Shown: positions 59,501-64,000 of the stretch, piece by piece
How positions within the stretch are numbered: the stretch's first letter is position 1
How the letters are laid out: the number at the start of each line of letters is the position of its first letter
NCBI GenBank assembly: GCA_964016885.1
Contig: OZ024740.1
Coordinates: forward strand, 401,264,001 to 401,328,000
Reading direction: 5' to 3'
Length of the DNA: 64,000 nucleotides
Source: Eledone cirrhosa
Lineage: Eukaryota
The notes under the pieces: generated by a model
Seen by the model: only the letters and a program-made list of their open reading frames with translations
What the model was told of the DNA's origin: nothing
Databases searched by the model: none
Made by a program: the position numbers and the translations under genes

Positions 59501-62500
59501 ATGTAGAATCAGTACAACATAGAACACTATGTAGAATCAATACAACATAGAACACCATGTAGAATCAGTGCAACATAGAATACTATGTAGAATCAGTACA
59601 GTATAGAACACTATGTAGAATCAGTACAACATAGAACACTATGTAGAATCACTACAGTATAGAACACTATGTAGAATCAGTACAATATAGAACATTATGT
59701 AGAATCAGTAAGTATAGAACACTATGTAGAATCAGTACAGTATAGAACACTATTTAGAATCAGTACAGTATAGAACACTATGTAGAATCAGTACAACATA
59801 GAACACTATGTAGAATCAATACAACATAGAACACCATGTAGAATCAGTGCAACATAGAATACTATGTAGAATCAGTACAGTATAGAACACTATGTAGAAT
59901 CAGTACAACATAGAACACTATGTAGAATCAGTACAACATAGAACACCATGTAGAATCAACTAAAAATAGAACATTACGCAGAATCAGTACAACATAGAAC
60001 ACTATGTAGAATCAGTACAATATAGAACACTGTGTATAATCAGTACAGTATAGAACACTATGTAGAATCAGTACAACATAGAACACTATGTATAATCAGT
60101 ACAGTATAGACCACTATGTAGAATCACTAAAACATTGAACACTATGTAGAATCAACACAACATAGAACACTATGTAGAATCAGTACACTATAGAACACTA
60201 TGTAACATCAGTACAACATAGAACACTATGTAGAATCAGTACAACATAGAACACTATGTAGAATCAGTACAACATAGAACACTATGTAGAATCAGCACAG
60301 CATAGAACACTATGTAGAATCAATACAACAGAGAACACTATGTAGAATTAATACAGTATAGAACACTATGTAGAATCAGTACAACATAGAACACAATGTA
60401 GAATCAGTACAGTATAGAACACTATGTAGAATCAGTGCAGTATAGAACACTATGTAGAATCAGTACAACATAGAACACTATGTAGAATCAGTACAGTATA
60501 GAACACTATGTAGAATCAGTACAACACAGAACACTATGTAGAATATGTGCATCATAGAACACTATGTAGAATCGGTACAGTAGAGAACACTATGTAGAAT
60601 CAGTACAGTATATAACACTATGTAGAATCAGTACAACATAGAAAACTATGTAGAATCAGTACAACATAGAACACTATGCAGAATCAGTACAGTATAGAAC
60701 ACTATGTAGAATCAGTACAGTATAGAACACTATGTAGAATCAGTACAACATAGAACATTATGTAGAATAAGTACAGTATAGAACACTATGTAGGATCAGT
60801 ACAGTATAGACTATTATGCAGAATCAGTGCAGTATAGGACACTATGTAGAATCAGTACAACATAGAACACTATGTAGATTCAGTACAATATAGAACACTG
60901 TGTATAATCAGTATAATATAGAACACTATGTAGAATCAGTACAACATAGAACACTATGTATAATCAGTACAGTATAGAACACTATGTAGAATCACTAAAA
61001 CATTGAACACTATGTAGAATCAACACAACATAGAACACTATGTAGAATCAGTACAACTTAGAACACTATGTAGAATCAGTACAACATAGAATACTATGTA
61101 GAATCAGCACAGCATAGAACACCATGTAGAATCAATACAACATAGAGCACTATGTAAAATTAGTACCGTATAGAATACTATGTAGAATCAGTACAGTATA
61201 GAACACTATGTAGAATCAGTACAGTATAGAATACTATGTAGAATCAGTACAGTATAGAACACTATGTAGAATCAGTACAACATAGAACATTATGGAGAAA
61301 AAGTAAATCATAGAACACTATGTAGAATAAGTACAGTAGAGAGCACTATGTAGAACCAGTACAACATAGAACACTATGGAGAGTCAGTACTGCATATAAC
61401 ACTATGTAGAATCAGTACAGTATATAACACTATGTATAATCAGTACTGTATAGAACATTATGTAGAATCAGTAAAACATAGAACACTACGTAGAATCAGT
61501 ACAACATAGAACACTATGTAGATTCAGTACAGTATAGAACACTATGTAGAATCAATACAACATAGAACATTATGTAGAAAAAGTAGATCATAGAAGACTA
61601 TGTAGAATCAGTACAACATAGAACACTATTTAGAATCAATACAACATAGAACACTATGTAGAATCAGTACAACATAGAACACTATGTAGAATCAGCACAG
61701 TATAGAGCACTATGTAGAATCAGTACAACATAGAACACTACGTAGAATCAATACAACATAGAACACTATGTAGAATCAGCAAAACATAGAACACTATGTA
61801 GAATCAATGCAACATAGAACACTATGTAGAATCAGCACAACATAGAACACTATGTAGAATCAATACAACATAGAGCACTATGTAGAATCAGTACAACATA
61901 GAACACTATGTAGAATCAGCACAACATAGAACACTACGTACAATCAGTACAGTATAGAACACTATGTAGAATCAGTACAACATAGAACACTATGTAGAAT
62001 CAGTACAGTATAGACTATTATGCATAATCAGTGCAGTATAGAACACTATCTAGAATCAGTACAACATAGAACACTATGTAGAATCAACACAACATAGAAC
62101 ACTATGTATAATCCGCACAACATAGAACACTATGTAAAATCAGTACAGTATAGAACACTATGTAGAATGAGTACAGTATAGAACACTATGTAGAAGCAGT
62201 ACAGTATAGAACACTATGTAGAATCAGTACAACATAGAACACTATGTAGAATCAGTACAACATAGAACACTATGTAGAATTTGTGCATCATAGAACACTA
62301 TTTAGAATCAGTACAGTATAGAACACTATGTAGAATCAGTACAGTAGAGAACACTATGTATAATCAGTACAACATATAACACTATGTAGATTCAGTACAG
62401 TATAGAACACTATGTATAATCCGCACAACATAAACACTATGTAGAATCAGTACAGTATAGAACACTATGTAGAATCAGTACAACATAGAACATTATGGAG

Positions 62501-64000
62501 AAAAAGTAAATCATAGAACACTATGTAGAATCAGTACAGTATAGAACACTATGTAGAATCAGTACAGTAGAGAACACTATGTATAATCAGTACAACATAT
62601 AACACTATGTAGATTCAGTACAGTATAGAACACTATGTAGAATCAGTACAGTATAGAACACGATGTAGAATCAGTACAGTATAGAACACTATGTAGGATC
62701 AGAACACTATAGAACACTATGTAGAATCAGCACAACATAGAACTCTATGTAGAATCAATACAACATAGAGCACTATGTAGAATCAGTACAACATAGAACA
62801 CTATGTAGAATCAATACAACATAGAACACTATGTAGAATCAGCAAAACATAGAACACTATGTAGAATCAATACAACATAGAACACTATTTAGAATCAATA
62901 CAACATAGAACACTATGTAGAATCAGTACAACATAGAACACTATGTAGAATCAGTACAGTATAGAGCACTATGTAGAATCAGTACAACATAGAACACTAC
63001 GTAGAATCAATACAACATAGAACACTATGTAGAATCAGCAAAACATAGAACACTATGTAGAATCAATACAACATAGAACACTATGTAGAATCAGCACAAC
63101 ATAGAACACTATGTAGAATCAATACAACATAGAGCACTATGTAGAATCAGTACAACATAGAACACTATGTAGAATCAGCACAACATAGAAAACTATGTAG
63201 AATCAATACAACATAGAACACTATGTAGAATCAGTACAACATAGAACACTACGTACAATCAGTACAGTATAGAACACTATGTAGAATCAGTACAACATAG
63301 AACACTATGTAGAATCAACACAACATAGAACACTATGTATAATCCGCACAACATAGAACACTATGTAAAATCAGTACAGTATAGAACACTATGTAGAATC
63401 AGTACAGTATAGAACACAATGCAGAAGCAGTACAGTATAGAACACTATGTAGAATCAGTACAACATAGAACACTATGTAGAATTTGTGCATCATAGAACA
63501 CTATTTAGAATCAGTACAGTATAGAACACTATGTAGAATCAGTACAGTAGAGAACACTATGTATAATCAGTACAACATATAACACTATGTAGATTCAGTA
63601 CAGTATAGAACACTATGTATAATCCGCACAACATAAACACTATGTAGAATCAGTATAGTATAGAACACTATGTAGAATCAGTACAGTATAGAACATCATG
63701 TAGAATTAGTACAGTATAGAACACTATGTAGAATCAGTACAACATTGAACACTATGTTGTATCAACACAACATAGAACACTATGTAGAATCAGTACACTA
63801 TAGAACACTATGTAGAATCAGTACAACATAGAACACTATGTAGAATCAGTACACTATAGAACACTATGTAAAATCAGTACAGTATAGAACACTATGTAGA
63901 ATCAGTACAGTATAGAACATCATGTAGAATTAGTACAGTATAGAACACTATGTAGAATCAGTACAACATAGAACACTATGCAGAATCAGTAGAGTATAGA

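Larger units (their letters stand above)
1..64000. repeat. Satellite DNA array, 28-bp monomer ATAGAACACTATGTAGAATCAGTACA(AC/GT), head-to-tail, ~2,290 copies; runs to both window edges
   Basis: ATAGAACACT recurs every 28 bp (e.g. 61, 89; line starts 61, 481, 901, 1321 are 420 = 15x28 apart). The pattern continues to 64000 with only substitutions and small indels. No inverted monomers or unique inserts were seen. Confidence 0.99.

Noticed and set aside
1-64000. CRISPR array (28-bp repeat with a short hairpin)
   Set aside because: Repeats abut directly with no unique spacers, the variable part is only a few recurring substitutions, and no leader or cas genes are present.
1-64000. Repeat-protein ORF on either strand
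   Set aside because: The + strand has two TAG per monomer and the - strand has TGA and TAG. A 28-bp period shifts frame each unit, so every frame is stopped within about three monomers.
1-64000. Telomerase-made long telomeric repeat (as in some budding yeasts)
   Set aside because: There is no G-rich strand or G-run, and variants are inherited in kb-scale duplicated blocks, which indicates recombination-based amplification rather than templated addition.
1-64000. Heat-shock elements from frequent AGAA motifs
   Set aside because: HSEs need contiguous alternating-orientation nGAAn pentamers; here all GAA motifs are in one orientation, 12 and 16 bp apart.
1-64000. AC/GT allele order as an information-bearing code or programmed variation
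   Set aside because: The order is copied along with duplicated blocks and forms simple runs. Ordinary duplication history explains it and no decoding machinery is visible.

Overview
The whole 64-kb window is one uninterrupted, single-orientation (head-to-tail) satellite array. The monomer is 28 bp, consensus ATAGAACACTATGTAGAATCAGTACA(AC|GT), about 32% GC and strongly A-rich on the + strand, with roughly 2,290 copies (64000/28). I found no genes, RNA genes, transposons, CRISPR spacers or unique sequence. Both strands carry stop codons, and because 28 is not a multiple of 3 they cycle through all frames. I cannot assign a species or a named satellite family. The informative structure lies inside the array: (1) a quasi-palindrome in every monomer (ACATAG-AACA-CTATGT) whose two main alleles, AC and GT, both keep the stem pairable in RNA through G.U wobble; (2) a clustered variant that exactly copies the reverse complement of the consensus opposite arm, as expected from template switching; (3) a 10+10+8 internal sub-repeat; (4) nested kb-scale duplications with changing periods (2828, 2436, 1653, 2184, 1287, ~4400 bp) rather than a fixed higher-order repeat; (5) regional variant domains, including a more diverged zone at ~32-41 kb with a distant relative at ~60-61.6 kb. 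All offsets were counted by hand from marker variants and block edges are approximate. I see no evidence of a new protein-coding system.
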